64,000 bases of DNA from an uncultured Candidatus Saccharibacteria bacterium (GTDB lineage Bacteria > Patescibacteriota > Minisyncoccia > Phycocordibacterales > UBA5272), in NCBI GenBank assembly GCA_964517625.1, contig CAZFBW010000003.1:46107-110106 (forward strand). Reading direction: 5' to 3'. Positions within the stretch are counted from its first letter, which is position 1. Every line of letters starts with the position of its first letter. The notes below the pieces were generated by a model that saw only the letters and a program-made list of their open reading frames with translations, did not search any database and was not told where the DNA came from. Made by a program: the position numbers and the translations under genes. This document shows, one piece after another, positions 1 through 8,979 of the stretch.

Positions 1-1
1 A

Positions 2-334
2 AAAGACATTAAAGTTGTCGTGCTTGTAGACGGAGGTTCGGCTTCGGCGTCTGAAATTTTAGCAGGAGCACTTAAGGATCATGGTGTCGCAAAAGTTGTT
101 GGTGTGAAGAGTTTTGGAAAGGGCTCTGTACAAGAAATGGTCAATTTTGAGGACGGATCAGCACTTAAAGTAACGATTGCAAAGTGGTATACACCAGCCG
201 GAGTTTCAATTTCACTTCATGGAATTACACCAGATGTTGAGGTACAAGTTGGAACAACAACCGTGAAGGATAAGAAAGGAAATGCTATCGATATGCAACT
301 AAAGAAAGCAATTGAAGTGGTGAAGAAGATGTAG
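2..334 (+). CDS. ctpA: C-terminal fragment of S41 carboxyl-terminal processing peptidase (5' end outside window)
   Basis: Frame open from window start; motifs [12 protein letters not shown] and FGKGSVQ typical of S41/Ctp peptidases. Confidence 0.7.
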   Translation, partial: KDIKVVVLVDGGSASASEILAGALKDHGVAKVVGVKSFGKGSVQEMVNFEDGSALKVTIAKWYTPAGVSISLHGITPDVEVQVGTTTVKDKKGNAIDMQLKKAIEVVKKM

Positions 335-363
335 ACAGTAGACACAAGATAACAGACAACAGA

Positions 364-387
364 AAAATGGCGCTCTAGCGCCATTTT
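364..387 (+). terminator. Rho-independent terminator hairpin (AAAATGGCGC-tcta-GCGCCATTTT)
   Basis: Perfect 10-bp stem flanked by A/T runs, immediately after ctp stop. Confidence 0.7.
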
Positions 388-421
388 GTGTTTCTCTAAA
401 GTTTTTAGTAGTATAGAAGAT

Positions 422-865
422 ATGAAAGTCATCCTTCTTAAAGATATCGCGCGCCTTGGGCTTCGTGGACAGGTAAAAGAAGTAGCGGATAGCTACGCGG
501 TGAATGTGCTCATTCCAAAACAGCTTGTTGTTCAGGCTACGCCAGGGGAACTTGCAAAGTGGAAACAAAAGGAAGACCAGGCGTTGTTTAGGAAAGAATT
601 TGCATCAAATGTGTTTGTGCAATTGGTTGATGCGCTTCGTAAAACAATTGTTGAAATCGGCGGGCACAAACACGACGATAAGGGACAGTTGTTTGCACAA
701 GTAAAAGAAAGTGAGATTGCAGAGGCAATTTATAAAACAACCAAGTTGTCTATTGATCCAAAGCAAATTATCATTGAACACCCAATCAAGCATATTGGTG
801 AGCACATGATTACCTTAAAGCAAGGTGAACGTCACGAACGAGTTTCAATTTCAGTAGAAGGGTAG
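422..865 (+). CDS. rplI: 50S ribosomal protein L9
   Basis: N-terminus MKVILLKDIARLG..GQVKEV..GYA.N.LIP matches L9; ATG at 422 in frame with track ORF 386..865. Confidence 0.85.
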   Translation: MKVILLKDIARLGLRGQVKEVADSYAVNVLIPKQLVVQATPGELAKWKQKEDQALFRKEFASNVFVQLVDALRKTIVEIGGHKHDDKGQLFAQVKESEIAEAIYKTTKLSIDPKQIIIEHPIKHIGEHMITLKQGERHERVSISVEG

Positions 866-880
866 GAGTATACAACCAGT

Positions 881-912
881 AAAAAATCTCTCGGGAGTCC
901 GAGAGATTTTTT
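881..912. terminator. Bidirectional terminator hairpin (ATCTCTCGG-gagt-CCGAGAGAT with A6/T6 flanks)
   Basis: Between convergent rplI(+) and rpmA(-). Confidence 0.75.
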
Positions 913-921
913 ATTGCTGTC

Positions 922-1200
922 TTACTTTGGTAAAACGTTTGCAATTTTCTTTTTCTTTGTGGAACCGTCCAAGTGCTTCATGCGACGCTCTGAGAAAGAA
1001 ACAACACCATCTGCAAGCGCAAAGAGGGTGTGATCCTTACCAAGACCAACATTCTTTCCAGGAAGAATTTTGGTTCCGCGTTGACGCACAATGATGTTTC
1101 CTGCTACTGCAGTTTCTCCAGCATAAAGCTTGGTACCGAGGTACTTTGGCTTACTATCTGTTAGGTTTTTTGCCGAACCAGCGGCTTTTCTTGTTGCCAT
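922..1200 (-). CDS. rpmA: 50S ribosomal protein L27
   Basis: [14 protein letters not shown]...[24 protein letters not shown], canonical L27. Confidence 0.9.
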   Translation of the reverse strand: MATRKAAGSAKNLTDSKPKYLGTKLYAGETAVAGNIIVRQRGTKILPGKNVGLGKDHTLFALADGVVSFSERRMKHLDGSTKKKKIANVLPK

Positions 1201-1223
1201 AGCGTATACTAAATAATGATTTT

Positions 1224-1562
1224 ATGGGGAACAGTATACAAGAATATTTGAAAAAAATCAATAGTAAGCTGTCTTTCTATGATTGCGCGTCTTTGGTGAT
1301 AACGGCAACCACTTTTATCGGTTTTGCTATATTTATTTGGATAATGACTGAAAAAGAGAAACTTCCAGTGGTGTATGTGGAAGCGAAAGGGAAACAAGAG
1401 CAGAATGACATTCGTCCATTTGGGAGTAAAAGCGGAGAAACCTATACATTTTCATGGTGTCAGGGTGCGGGGACAATTAAACCAAGCAATATGGTGTATT
1501 TTGCAAATGAAGAAGAAGCAGAGCGCCAGGGAAGAATACTTTCAAAATTGTGCCTGAAGTAA
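1224..1562 (+). CDS. Membrane-anchored hypothetical protein with degenerate Ada Zn-binding-like C-terminal motif
   Basis: One TM segment; C-terminus ...IKPSNMVYFANEEEAERQGRILSKLC resembles ENVSFYANASEALAAGFRPCKRC of the Ada N-domain but lacks the first Cys pair. Confidence 0.4.
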   Translation: MGNSIQEYLKKINSKLSFYDCASLVITATTFIGFAIFIWIMTEKEKLPVVYVEAKGKQEQNDIRPFGSKSGETYTFSWCQGAGTIKPSNMVYFANEEEAERQGRILSKLCLK

Positions 1563-1582
1563 CGTGTTGAAATAAAAAAAAG

Positions 1583-1667
1583 GCCAACGCGGAGGGTCTT
1601 CATCACGCGCTGGCCAGAACATCATGGCAGTGGCTCCAGGGAGGTGAGAGCCATCGGCGGGGCCATG
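1583..1667 (+). other. GC-rich tandem stem-loop element in intergenic region (unassigned; possible small RNA)
   Basis: Hairpin 1 GGCCAACGCG/CGCGCTGGCC; hairpin 2 CATGGC..TGGCTC / GAGCCA..GCCATG; GC much higher than surroundings; no U-tract. Confidence 0.3.
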
Positions 1668-1821
1668 AAGAGAAGGCAAGATGCCCTCTTTGTATACTCT
1701 ATCATAATGTTTGTTAATTGTCAAGTTTTACAAGACACACCTCGTTGACTTTTTGTTGGAAAATAGTAGGGTGATATTAGTTGTTGTTTTTTTCACCCAC
1801 AAACCTAAAGAAAGGAAAATC

Positions 1822-2268
1822 ATGGACTTTATCCGACGAGTTCGAATCGAAATCGAAAGACTCAGGGTTGTGGAAGAATTCGTGAAGAATGGAGCTACTG
1901 TTATTGAATTTCCTGGCGATGGTTTTTTCGGTTTTTTTATGAACGCTACGACAAGTTACAGTTTGTCGTCGGCACATCTCGAAAACAAGAAACGTGACGT
2001 TGGGCTTTTTTTGTACAGCAAAAAAGTGAAAATTGGAGATACGATTGCAATCAGTGTTGCTCAGCATCCATTGACAGGGAAGCCAGGTTTTGTGACTGGA
2101 ACATTTCACAGTGTGCATTATATGCGTCACGGTGCACACGAAAATATTCCTTTTCTTAACATCGTTCCCGACGGTCTAACAAAGTATGGTCTGGAGAGAT
2201 CTAACCCTCATTCAGACGCCGTTGCTGTGGCCTTTGAGGACATTATTACCATCTTTGGGCACCGGTAA
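1822..2268 (+). CDS. Hypothetical protein (149 aa)
   Basis: ATG preceded by AAAGGAAAA RBS; in frame with track ORF 1711..2268. Confidence 0.5.
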   Translation: MDFIRRVRIEIERLRVVEEFVKNGATVIEFPGDGFFGFFMNATTSYSLSSAHLENKKRDVGLFLYSKKVKIGDTIAISVAQHPLTGKPGFVTGTFHSVHYMRHGAHENIPFLNIVPDGLTKYGLERSNPHSDAVAVAFEDIITIFGHR

Positions 2269-2282
2269 AGAAAATCGTTCCA

Positions 2283-2313
2283 AGAAGCAGTGCTCGCACT
2301 GCTTCTTTTTTAT
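2283..2313 (+). terminator. Rho-independent terminator (AAGAAGCAGTG-ctcg-CACTGCTTCTT + T6)
   Basis: Perfect 11-bp stem followed by TTTTTT. Confidence 0.75.
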
Positions 2314-2437
2314 ATGTGGGTTATCCACTTTTTACAAGAGCTTGTCACCGTATACTGTATGTATATGGCAAAAGAAGAAAAATTTCATAGAAAAGAAAAG
2401 AAGAAACCAAAGAAGGCAAAGAGTGCGTAATGTAAAA

Positions 2438-2466
2438 AATCCACCAAAGTTTGGTGGATTTTTTGT
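2438..2466 (+). terminator. Second hairpin AATCCACCAA/TTGGTGGATT + T-run (terminator or attenuator upstream of HD gene)
   Basis: 10-bp stem followed by TTTTG; 40 nt upstream of 2506. Confidence 0.4.
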
Positions 2467-2505
2467 GGTAGGTCTTATTGTAGAGAATTTGCTACACTGT
2501 ACATC

Positions 2506-3102
2506 ATGAAACTCACTCCACGCTTACAACACGCACTTGAAGTTGCATCACGTCTTCACCGTAATCAAACACGAAGAGACAAAGAAAAGACGCCTTACGT
2601 GTCGCATTTGTATTCGGTCATGTTGTTGGTGGCTGAAGTGACCAATGATGAAGATACGCTCATTGGCGCGCTCATGCACGACTCTTTGGAAGATGTGCCT
2701 GATTTTACGGAAAAACAGCTTGCCGAAGAATTCGGCGACGAAGTGCTTGATATTGTCTCTCATGTGACAGAACCATATTTAGCTGGTGAAGAAATTTCAA
2801 AACAAATGCAATGGTTAGTGCGCAAAGAAGCATACTTGAAAAATGTGAGTGAAGGGGGTACAAAAAGCGCGATTATTTGTTGTGCGGATAAATTGCACAA
2901 TATTACAACACTTGTGCGCGATTATACAAACGAAGGGGAAGAATTTTTGAAACACTTTCATGGCAGTATGAAAAACCAATTGAATTTTTACAGTCTCGTG
3001 ATTGCGACACTACGCACCAAGTTGCCAAATGACAATACATTACTTGTTCGTTTGGAAAAAGTGTATGGAGAGGCATCGGAACTTTTTAAGAATCATGACT
3101 AA
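2506..3102 (+). CDS. HD-domain protein, RelA/SpoT-type (p)ppGpp hydrolase-like (small alarmone hydrolase family)
   Basis: A..A...H..Q.R.....PY..H...V....; LMHDSLEDV; ~198 aa single HD_4-like domain. Confidence 0.6.
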   Translation: MKLTPRLQHALEVASRLHRNQTRRDKEKTPYVSHLYSVMLLVAEVTNDEDTLIGALMHDSLEDVPDFTEKQLAEEFGDEVLDIVSHVTEPYLAGEEISKQMQWLVRKEAYLKNVSEGGTKSAIICCADKLHNITTLVRDYTNEGEEFLKHFHGSMKNQLNFYSLVIATLRTKLPNDNTLLVRLEKVYGEASELFKNHD

Positions 3103-6100
3103 AGTAAAACAAGTTGCGACATTTGAAGAAAGATACGAGGCGCTCAACAAAGAACAAAAGCGAGCGGTTGATACAACGGAAGGGCCGGTGATGGTTATCG
3201 CCGGACCCGGAACAGGAAAGACCGAGCTCATCTCGCTTCGTGTTGGCAAAATTTTAAAAAATGGCACCGCAAATGCAAACAGCATTCTTTGTTTAACATT
3301 TACGGAAACCGCAGCCACGAACATGCGCGATCGTTTGGAGAAGTTAATTGGGCCAGACGCATTTCGTGTGGCAATTTATACATTCCACGGTTTTTGTACG
3401 GAAGTGATGGGGAAGTATCCGGAGTATTTTTACAATGCATCCCGCATGCGCCCCGCAAGCGAGCTTGTGCAAAGCGAAATCCTGGAGTCTATCTTTGCGA
3501 GACTGCCTCACAAGCATCCGCTCGGCGCATACCATCCGGAGATGGGCTACAGTTATTTGAAAGAGGCACAATCAAAAATTAAAGATATTAAAAAAGGTGG
3601 ATTAACACCTGTACGATTTAAGGAGTTGATTGAGGAGAATAAAAAAACATTCATTGAGCTCAATACTATTGTTGCGGAATATGTTCCGGAGAGAATTGAT
3701 AAAGGATCATTTGTGGCGTTTGAATCACTTCACGCAAAACTTATTGCGGAAGGGACGCTTTTAGCTCGCGCTTTTGCTGGGACATTACGACTAGCACTTG
3801 AGAGTGCGGGCGAGGAAGGAAAAAATGCTCCACTCTCTGCATGGAAAGCAAAGTACACTGGAAAAGACGAAGACGGAAAGCGTGTTTGGAAAGATAGCTT
3901 GGCTACAGAGAAATTGCTCGCACTTGCGGATGTGTATCAGGCATACCAAAACGAACTCTACAAACGCGGGCACTTTGATTATGAAGATATGATTATTGAA
4001 GTTGTTGAAGCGCTGAAACACAACACAATTCTTAGAAGCGAACTTGAGGAACAGTACCAGTACATTATGGTGGATGAATTTCAGGATACGAACAATGCAC
4101 AGTTGTCGCTCGTAAAAGCAATTTCTTCAAGTGGTGTGCACGAAGGGCATCCAAATGTGTGCGTGGTGGGGGATGACGACCAAGCGGTGTACAAATTCCA
4201 AGGTGCAGAAATCTCCAACATTCTTTCTTTTGAGCGATTATATAAAGATGTGGCGAGAATTGTGTTGGTTGAAAATTATCGTTCAACGCAAGAGGTGTTA
4301 ACCTTTGCGCGCGCAATTGTGACGCAAGGCGTTGAACGACTTGAGCGTTTGGACAAAACAATTCGTAAAGACCTTGTTGCAAAAAACAAAGCACTCGCAC
4401 AAGGTGCTATCAGCATTCATGAATGTAATACAGAAGAAGATGAGTATGCTTTTGTTGCGGAGGAGGTAAAAAAGAAATTAGAAGAAGGTGAGAAAGCAAG
4501 TGAAATTGCAATCATCGCACGCGAGCATAAGCAACTACGCGCAATACTTCCTTACTTAGACGCACTTTCCATTCCGTATACCTATGTGCGCGAGGAAAAT
4601 GTGTTTGATGAACCACACGTGCGTGAGCTTATTATCTTGTGCCGTTTCTTGGGGTCCACGCTTGATGAACGATTTGGCGAAGAGGGATTACTGCCGGAGA
4701 TTCTCTCGTTTCCATTTTGGGAATTAGACAGAGCGTCTATTTGGGGAATTGCAGAAGAAGCACGCGCAAAGAATATTTCTTGGCTTTCTGCGATGAGGGG
4801 TTCTCATGATAAGCGTATTGTACACATTGCAGAATTTTTAATTGAGTTAGGTGTCTTGGCACAAACTGTCCCACTTGAAATAATCTTAGATACGTTGATT
4901 GGAGCAAGAGATATGCCACAAGTAACCGACGACGAACATGACGATATGTATGAAGGAAAAGAACACCTTGCGCTTGCAAGCAACTTCGTTTCGCCATACA
5001 AAGAGTTTTACTTTGGCAAAGAGGTGTATAAGAAAAACCCAAGCACATACATTAATTTCCTTTCGTCACTGTCTGTATTTGTGAAAGCGCTTCGTGAGTA
5101 TAAAGATGGAGAAATGTTGAAAGCATCCGATGTTGGCACCTTTGTAGACATGCACGTAGACTATCGTATTCCACTCATTAACAACACACCATTTGCTCAC
5201 AACGAAGACGCGGTTTCGCTCCTTACATCACATGGTGCTAAGGGTCTTGAATTTGCTTGTGTGTTTGTTATTTCGGCAAATGATGATATTTGGGCAGGGC
5301 GTGCAAAAGGAAACAAGCTTTCGTTTCCAGTAAATCTTCCACTTTCGCAAACACCAGATGACGAAGATGATTTTATCCGTCTTTTTTATGTGGCGCTTAC
5401 TCGTGCGCGCCACACCCTTTTCATCACGCACCACACAAGTCCGTTTCGATTCTTACTTCATGAAAACATTCCTGTTAAACCAGTGCAAACATCTGTGTCT
5501 CAATCGGAATTGCTTGCAACGGGGCTTAAGGTGTACCACGTCCCCCCATTTGCCCACAATGAAAAAGCGCTCCTTAAAAAATTGCTCGATGGGTATAAGT
5601 TATCGCCAACGCATTTGAATAATTTTCTAGATATTGTAAACGGTGGTCCAATGAAATTTTTAGAACAAAACCTACTTCGTTTCCCGCAAGCAAAAACAAA
5701 ATCAAGTGTGTATGGAACAGCAATTCACAAAGCACTAGAAGATTTGTATAAGCAAACGAAACAGGGAGGAAAAGTCCCGCCACTTTCGTTTGTGGTATCG
5801 TCGTTTGAAAAGGAACTTAAGCGTGGACGCTTGATTGATTACGAAGAAGAACAACAAAAAAAGCGTGGCGAAGACGTGCTTACTCGTTACTACAAAGAAC
5901 ATGCAAAGAATATTGATGCAAAAACAATCGTAGAACTTGATTTTTCTAAACAGGGAATAGTTATCGATGGTGCGAGTGTTACAGGAAAAATTGATAAGGT
6001 ACTAGAGAGAGAGGATGGCACGTGGAGTGTGGTTGATATAAAAACAGGCCGTGGATTGGATACATGGGACGAAAAGGGGACAGCATATGAAAAAATAAAA

Positions 6101-6409
6101 CTCCATAAGTACAAGCATCAGCTCATGATGTACAAGTTACTTGTTGAGCATGCGCGCGATTACAGTAAGCACATCGTTACAAACGGCACACTTGAATTTG
6201 TGGAGGAAGAGACTGACGGAAAAACAAAAACACTTAGTCTTTCGTTTGATACAAAAGAAATGAAAGAAGAGATGGAAGATTTTAGACGTCTACTTTCCGT
6301 TGTCTATGAAAAAATTATGAAGCTTGATTTTCCAGATGTGTCTATGTATCCGCAAAATGTGGATGGTATTATTGCTTTTGAAAAAGATTTGCTTGAAGGA
6401 AGAGTGTAG
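3095..6409 (+). CDS. UvrD/PcrA/AddA-like SF1 helicase fused to C-terminal PD-(D/E)XK (RecB-type) nuclease
   Basis: Walker A GPGTGKT, DEFQD, VGDDDQAVYKF, ENYRST, LTSHGAKGLEF, YVALTRAR; C-terminus GKIDKV...VVDIKTG...QLMMY nuclease motifs. ATG 3095 overlaps the HD stop (ATGACTAA), so track start 3002 rejected. Confidence 0.75.
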   Translation: MTKVKQVATFEERYEALNKEQKRAVDTTEGPVMVIAGPGTGKTELISLRVGKILKNGTANANSILCLTFTETAATNMRDRLEKLIGPDAFRVAIYTFHGFCTEVMGKYPEYFYNASRMRPASELVQSEILESIFARLPHKHPLGAYHPEMGYSYLKEAQSKIKDIKKGGLTPVRFKELIEENKKTFIELNTIVAEYVPERIDKGSFVAFESLHAKLIAEGTLLARAFAGTLRLALESAGEEGKNAPLSAWKAKYTGKDEDGKRVWKDSLATEKLLALADVYQAYQNELYKRGHFDYEDMIIEVVEALKHNTILRSELEEQYQYIMVDEFQDTNNAQLSLVKAISSSGVHEGHPNVCVVGDDDQAVYKFQGAEISNILSFERLYKDVARIVLVENYRSTQEVLTFARAIVTQGVERLERLDKTIRKDLVAKNKALAQGAISIHECNTEEDEYAFVAEEVKKKLEEGEKASEIAIIAREHKQLRAILPYLDALSIPYTYVREENVFDEPHVRELIILCRFLGSTLDERFGEEGLLPEILSFPFWELDRASIWGIAEEARAKNISWLSAMRGSHDKRIVHIAEFLIELGVLAQTVPLEIILDTLIGARDMPQVTDDEHDDMYEGKEHLALASNFVSPYKEFYFGKEVYKKNPSTYINFLSSLSVFVKALREYKDGEMLKASDVGTFVDMHVDYRIPLINNTPFAHNEDAVSLLTSHGAKGLEFACVFVISANDDIWAGRAKGNKLSFPVNLPLSQTPDDEDDFIRLFYVALTRARHTLFITHHTSPFRFLLHENIPVKPVQTSVSQSELLATGLKVYHVPPFAHNEKALLKKLLDGYKLSPTHLNNFLDIVNGGPMKFLEQNLLRFPQAKTKSSVYGTAIHKALEDLYKQTKQGGKVPPLSFVVSSFEKELKRGRLIDYEEEQQKKRGEDVLTRYYKEHAKNIDAKTIVELDFSKQGIVIDGASVTGKIDKVLEREDGTWSVVDIKTGRGLDTWDEKGTAYEKIKLHKYKHQLMMYKLLVEHARDYSKHIVTNGTLEFVEEETDGKTKTLSLSFDTKEMKEEMEDFRRLLSVVYEKIMKLDFPDVSMYPQNVDGIIAFEKDLLEGRV

Positions 6410-6411
6410 AA

Positions 6412-6456
6412 AACAAAAAGTCGACCAAGGGTGTCTTGGTCGACCAGATTTTTTGT
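6412..6456. terminator. Bidirectional terminator (GTCGACCAAG-ggtgt-CTTGGTCGAC + T6)
   Basis: Perfect 10-bp stem between convergent genes. Confidence 0.75.
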
Positions 6457-6459
6457 GTG

Positions 6460-6933
6460 TTACTTGAGAAGGTCGAATTCTGCGACCCCGAAAGGTCCCG
6501 ATATTTCACCTTCTTTTTCCCCGCGAAGATAGGCGACAAGGAATTTTCCAAATTCGTCTCTCTCGCTTTGAACCGAAGCTACCGTGTGCGGTTTCGTTTT
6601 CCCTTTGAAACAGACAGTGTCATTGTGCCTCAGGTCTCTGCGCACAACTTCGAACCAGGCGCTCGGGAATTCACCCAAGTGGCTGTATCCCTCCAATTTG
6701 AACATGAGAAGGTTGTGAACCTGGTCTTGTCGTGTGGAAGAGACAACGAACTCCTTGTCTCCAGCGAGAAGGACGCTATTGTCACCGTAATTGGTTGACA
6801 GGTTGTCGCGATTGTTCCACGTAACCCTGTCGAAGCGGACGATGTATCCCGCTACTACGTCGACATTTGCTTGTCCTGATGGACGCATTTCGAAGTCGCT
6901 ACCGCCAGGAAGTGGAACGCAGTGGTCTTTCAT
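6460..6933 (-). CDS. Hypothetical protein (158 aa), GC-richer than neighbours
   Basis: ATG at 6933 with AAGGAG 7 nt upstream; internal start chosen over track start 7053. Confidence 0.5.
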   Translation of the reverse strand: MKDHCVPLPGGSDFEMRPSGQANVDVVAGYIVRFDRVTWNNRDNLSTNYGDNSVLLAGDKEFVVSSTRQDQVHNLLMFKLEGYSHLGEFPSAWFEVVRRDLRHNDTVCFKGKTKPHTVASVQSERDEFGKFLVAYLRGEKEGEISGPFGVAEFDLLK

Positions 6934-7220
6934 GCGGTACTCCTTTCTTGGTTGTTTGATGTACGAATTAAGGAAAAGCGTATAAAACGAGTACGTCTTC
7001 CTACAATCTACCACGAAACTACGTTTCGTCAATAAAATAAAAAAGCTCTTCACCTGGTTGGCAAAGAGACAGTTTCAGTGAAATAACATTTCCACTAAGT
7101 GTTTCGGGATGTACGGGACCCGTCCCATCCTCGAAATACTTCCTGTGTGTGGTACTCATACAGTGTATGTAAAACAAAACAAAAGAGCAAGCATTCTCTT
7201 AATGGTATACTTTTACAACT

Positions 7221-8069
7221 ATGCCGGATAAATATACAGCCGTATGGGTGTCGCACTCTTCAATGGGAGATTTTTTGAAGTGTCCACGATTGTACTATTT
7301 GCACAACATGTACAAAGACCCAGTAACGAAACGCAAGATAAATATTGTGAGCCCGGCACTTTCTCTTGGGGTGACGGTGCACCAAGTGCTTGAAGGGTTG
7401 GGAGAATATCCTGCAGAGGAACGAATGAAGCGAGATTTACTTTCAGATTTTGAAGATGCTTGGAAGAATGTATCCGGTGAAAAAGGAGGATTTCAAACTG
7501 AAGAAGAGGAAAATGAATATAAAGAACGGGGTATTGCGATGCTTAACAATGTAAAAAGCGACCCACGATTTTTGGTAAACAAAAGAATCAAACTTCCTCG
7601 TGGGGAGATGAATCCAAATTTTTATATAAGCGAGGAAGACAATATTATTTTAAATGGCCAAGTGGATTGGTTAGAGTATTTGCCGGACGACACACTCCAT
7701 ATTGTTGATTTTAAAACTGGGAAAAATGAGGAGACAGATGGTTCGCTTCAGCTACCGATTTACCTTCTCTTGTGTAATGCTCTTCAGAAGCGAAAAGTGT
7801 CACGTGCGTCGTATTGGTACCTAGAAACTGACAAACTTGTAGAAAAAGAATTGCCGGACTTGGAAACTGCGCGACGAGATGTCATGGAAGTTGCACTTCG
7901 TGTAAAAGAAGCCAGAGAAAAAGGTGAATTTGTGTGTCCAAAAGGTGAAGCAGGTTGTTTTGGGTGTCGACCGTTTGAAATGATTGTGAATAAAGACCCG
8001 AAAGCAAAACATGTTGGTGTCGGCGGATTCAATCAGGATATGTATATGATTAAAAATAGTGTAGAATAG
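7221..8069 (+). CDS. PD-(D/E)XK nuclease, Cas4/RecB-family exonuclease-like with C-terminal Cys cluster
   Basis: VDWLEYLPDD..IVDFKTGK...LQLPIY motifs; Cys in KCPRLYYL plus CPKGEAGCFGC (4-Cys Fe-S pattern). Confidence 0.6.
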   Translation: MPDKYTAVWVSHSSMGDFLKCPRLYYLHNMYKDPVTKRKINIVSPALSLGVTVHQVLEGLGEYPAEERMKRDLLSDFEDAWKNVSGEKGGFQTEEEENEYKERGIAMLNNVKSDPRFLVNKRIKLPRGEMNPNFYISEEDNIILNGQVDWLEYLPDDTLHIVDFKTGKNEETDGSLQLPIYLLLCNALQKRKVSRASYWYLETDKLVEKELPDLETARRDVMEVALRVKEAREKGEFVCPKGEAGCFGCRPFEMIVNKDPKAKHVGVGGFNQDMYMIKNSVE

Positions 8070-8070
8070 T

Positions 8071-8301
8071 TTGATCATGCTTATCGATGTACGAAGCGAA
8101 GACGAATTTAATGCAGGACACAAAAAAGGTGCGGTAAATATTCCTGTGAATATTATTATGCAAGCGGCTATTCCTGTACCAAAAGATCATGCTATAGAAT
8201 TGTATTGTCGGTCTGGTAGTCGTGCGAAAATGGCGCAACTTATTTTAAAACATCGAGGGTTTACCAATGTTTCGCTTTTGGATGACACGGGGGCGCTATA
8301 A
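8071..8301 (+). CDS. Single-domain rhodanese-like sulfurtransferase
   Basis: IDVRSEDEF..GH..GAVNIP......YCRSGSRA...L...GF.NV, active-site Cys loop. Confidence 0.7.
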   Translation: MIMLIDVRSEDEFNAGHKKGAVNIPVNIIMQAAIPVPKDHAIELYCRSGSRAKMAQLILKHRGFTNVSLLDDTGAL

Positions 8302-8391
8302 AAAGCGCTTGTGGGTTACTTTCTCTCTACGGCTTTTTATGGGTATATACTTAGATATGGTGAGTTTTACTTATTAGTTTAACTATATTGT

Positions 8392-8919
8392 ATGGAAATA
8401 CATCCATCGCATTCTAATGTTACGCGTTTCTTTTTTTATGACACAAGATCAGCATGGCTCTGGCTTGTGATGCGTGTTTGGCTTGGGTATGAATGGTTTA
8501 TTGCTGGTTGGGAAAAGGTTACCAATCCAGCTGGGGTCTGGGTCGGCGACAAAGCGGGTACAGCAATCACAGGGTTCTTAAAGGGAGCACTTGCAAAAAT
8601 GGGAGGAGAACATCCAAATGTGTCTGACACATACGGATGGTTTATAGAGCATGTTGCACTTCCGAATGCTACCGTGTTTTCATACATGGTTGCATATGGT
8701 GAAATACTCGTCGGACTTGGCCTTATTCTTGGTCTTGTTACTGGTGTTGCGGCATTCTTCGGCACCCTTATGAACTTCAACTTCTTGTTTGCTGGCACAG
8801 TAAGCTCGAATCCATATCTTCTTCTCGTTGGACTTATGATTATGCTCGGCTGGCGTGTGGCAGGATGGTGGGGATTGGACAGGTTTGCACTTCCAAAACT
8901 GAAAAAGTATATAGAGTAG
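8392..8919 (+). CDS. DoxX-family integral membrane protein
   Basis: RVWLGYEWFIAGWEKV N-terminal motif and 4 TM layout resemble DoxX/DoxD. Confidence 0.45.
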   Translation: MEIHPSHSNVTRFFFYDTRSAWLWLVMRVWLGYEWFIAGWEKVTNPAGVWVGDKAGTAITGFLKGALAKMGGEHPNVSDTYGWFIEHVALPNATVFSYMVAYGEILVGLGLILGLVTGVAAFFGTLMNFNFLFAGTVSSNPYLLLVGLMIMLGWRVAGWWGLDRFALPKLKKYIE

Positions 8920-8929
8920 TTAGTTTTGT

Positions 8930-8964
8930 AAAAAAAAGACCGCAACAGAGTTGCGGTTTTTTTG
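8930..8964. terminator. Bidirectional terminator (A7GACCGCAAC-agag-GTTGCGGTT7)
   Basis: Stem with symmetric A/T runs between convergent genes. Confidence 0.75.
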
Positions 8965-8979
8965 AATGACGCCGAAGCG

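Noticed and set aside
1583-1667. SRP RNA / 4.5S RNA hypothesis (also applied to 41945-42075)
   Set aside because: No GGAA tetraloop with AGGUCC...GGAAGCAGC helix-8 motif on either strand
2186-2509. Track ORF (+, 107 aa) between the 1822-2268 gene and the HD gene
   Set aside because: Spans two terminator hairpins; K/R-rich low-complexity translation of AT-rich intergenic DNA; no RBS
3002-3094. Upstream extension of the helicase ORF (track start 3002)
   Set aside because: Overlaps the HD gene in another frame; ATG 3095 overlaps the HD stop in the classic ATGA-type coupling arrangement
6436-6798. Plus-strand ORF antisense to the 6460-6933 gene
   Set aside because: The minus-strand ORF is longer and has AAGGAG + ATG; the plus ORF lacks an RBS and sits in GC-rich DNA prone to shadow ORFs
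7221-8069. Cas4-like nuclease as evidence of a CRISPR-Cas locus
   Set aside because: No repeat-spacer array and no cas1/cas2 or effector genes anywhere in the window; stand-alone RecB-family nucleases are common
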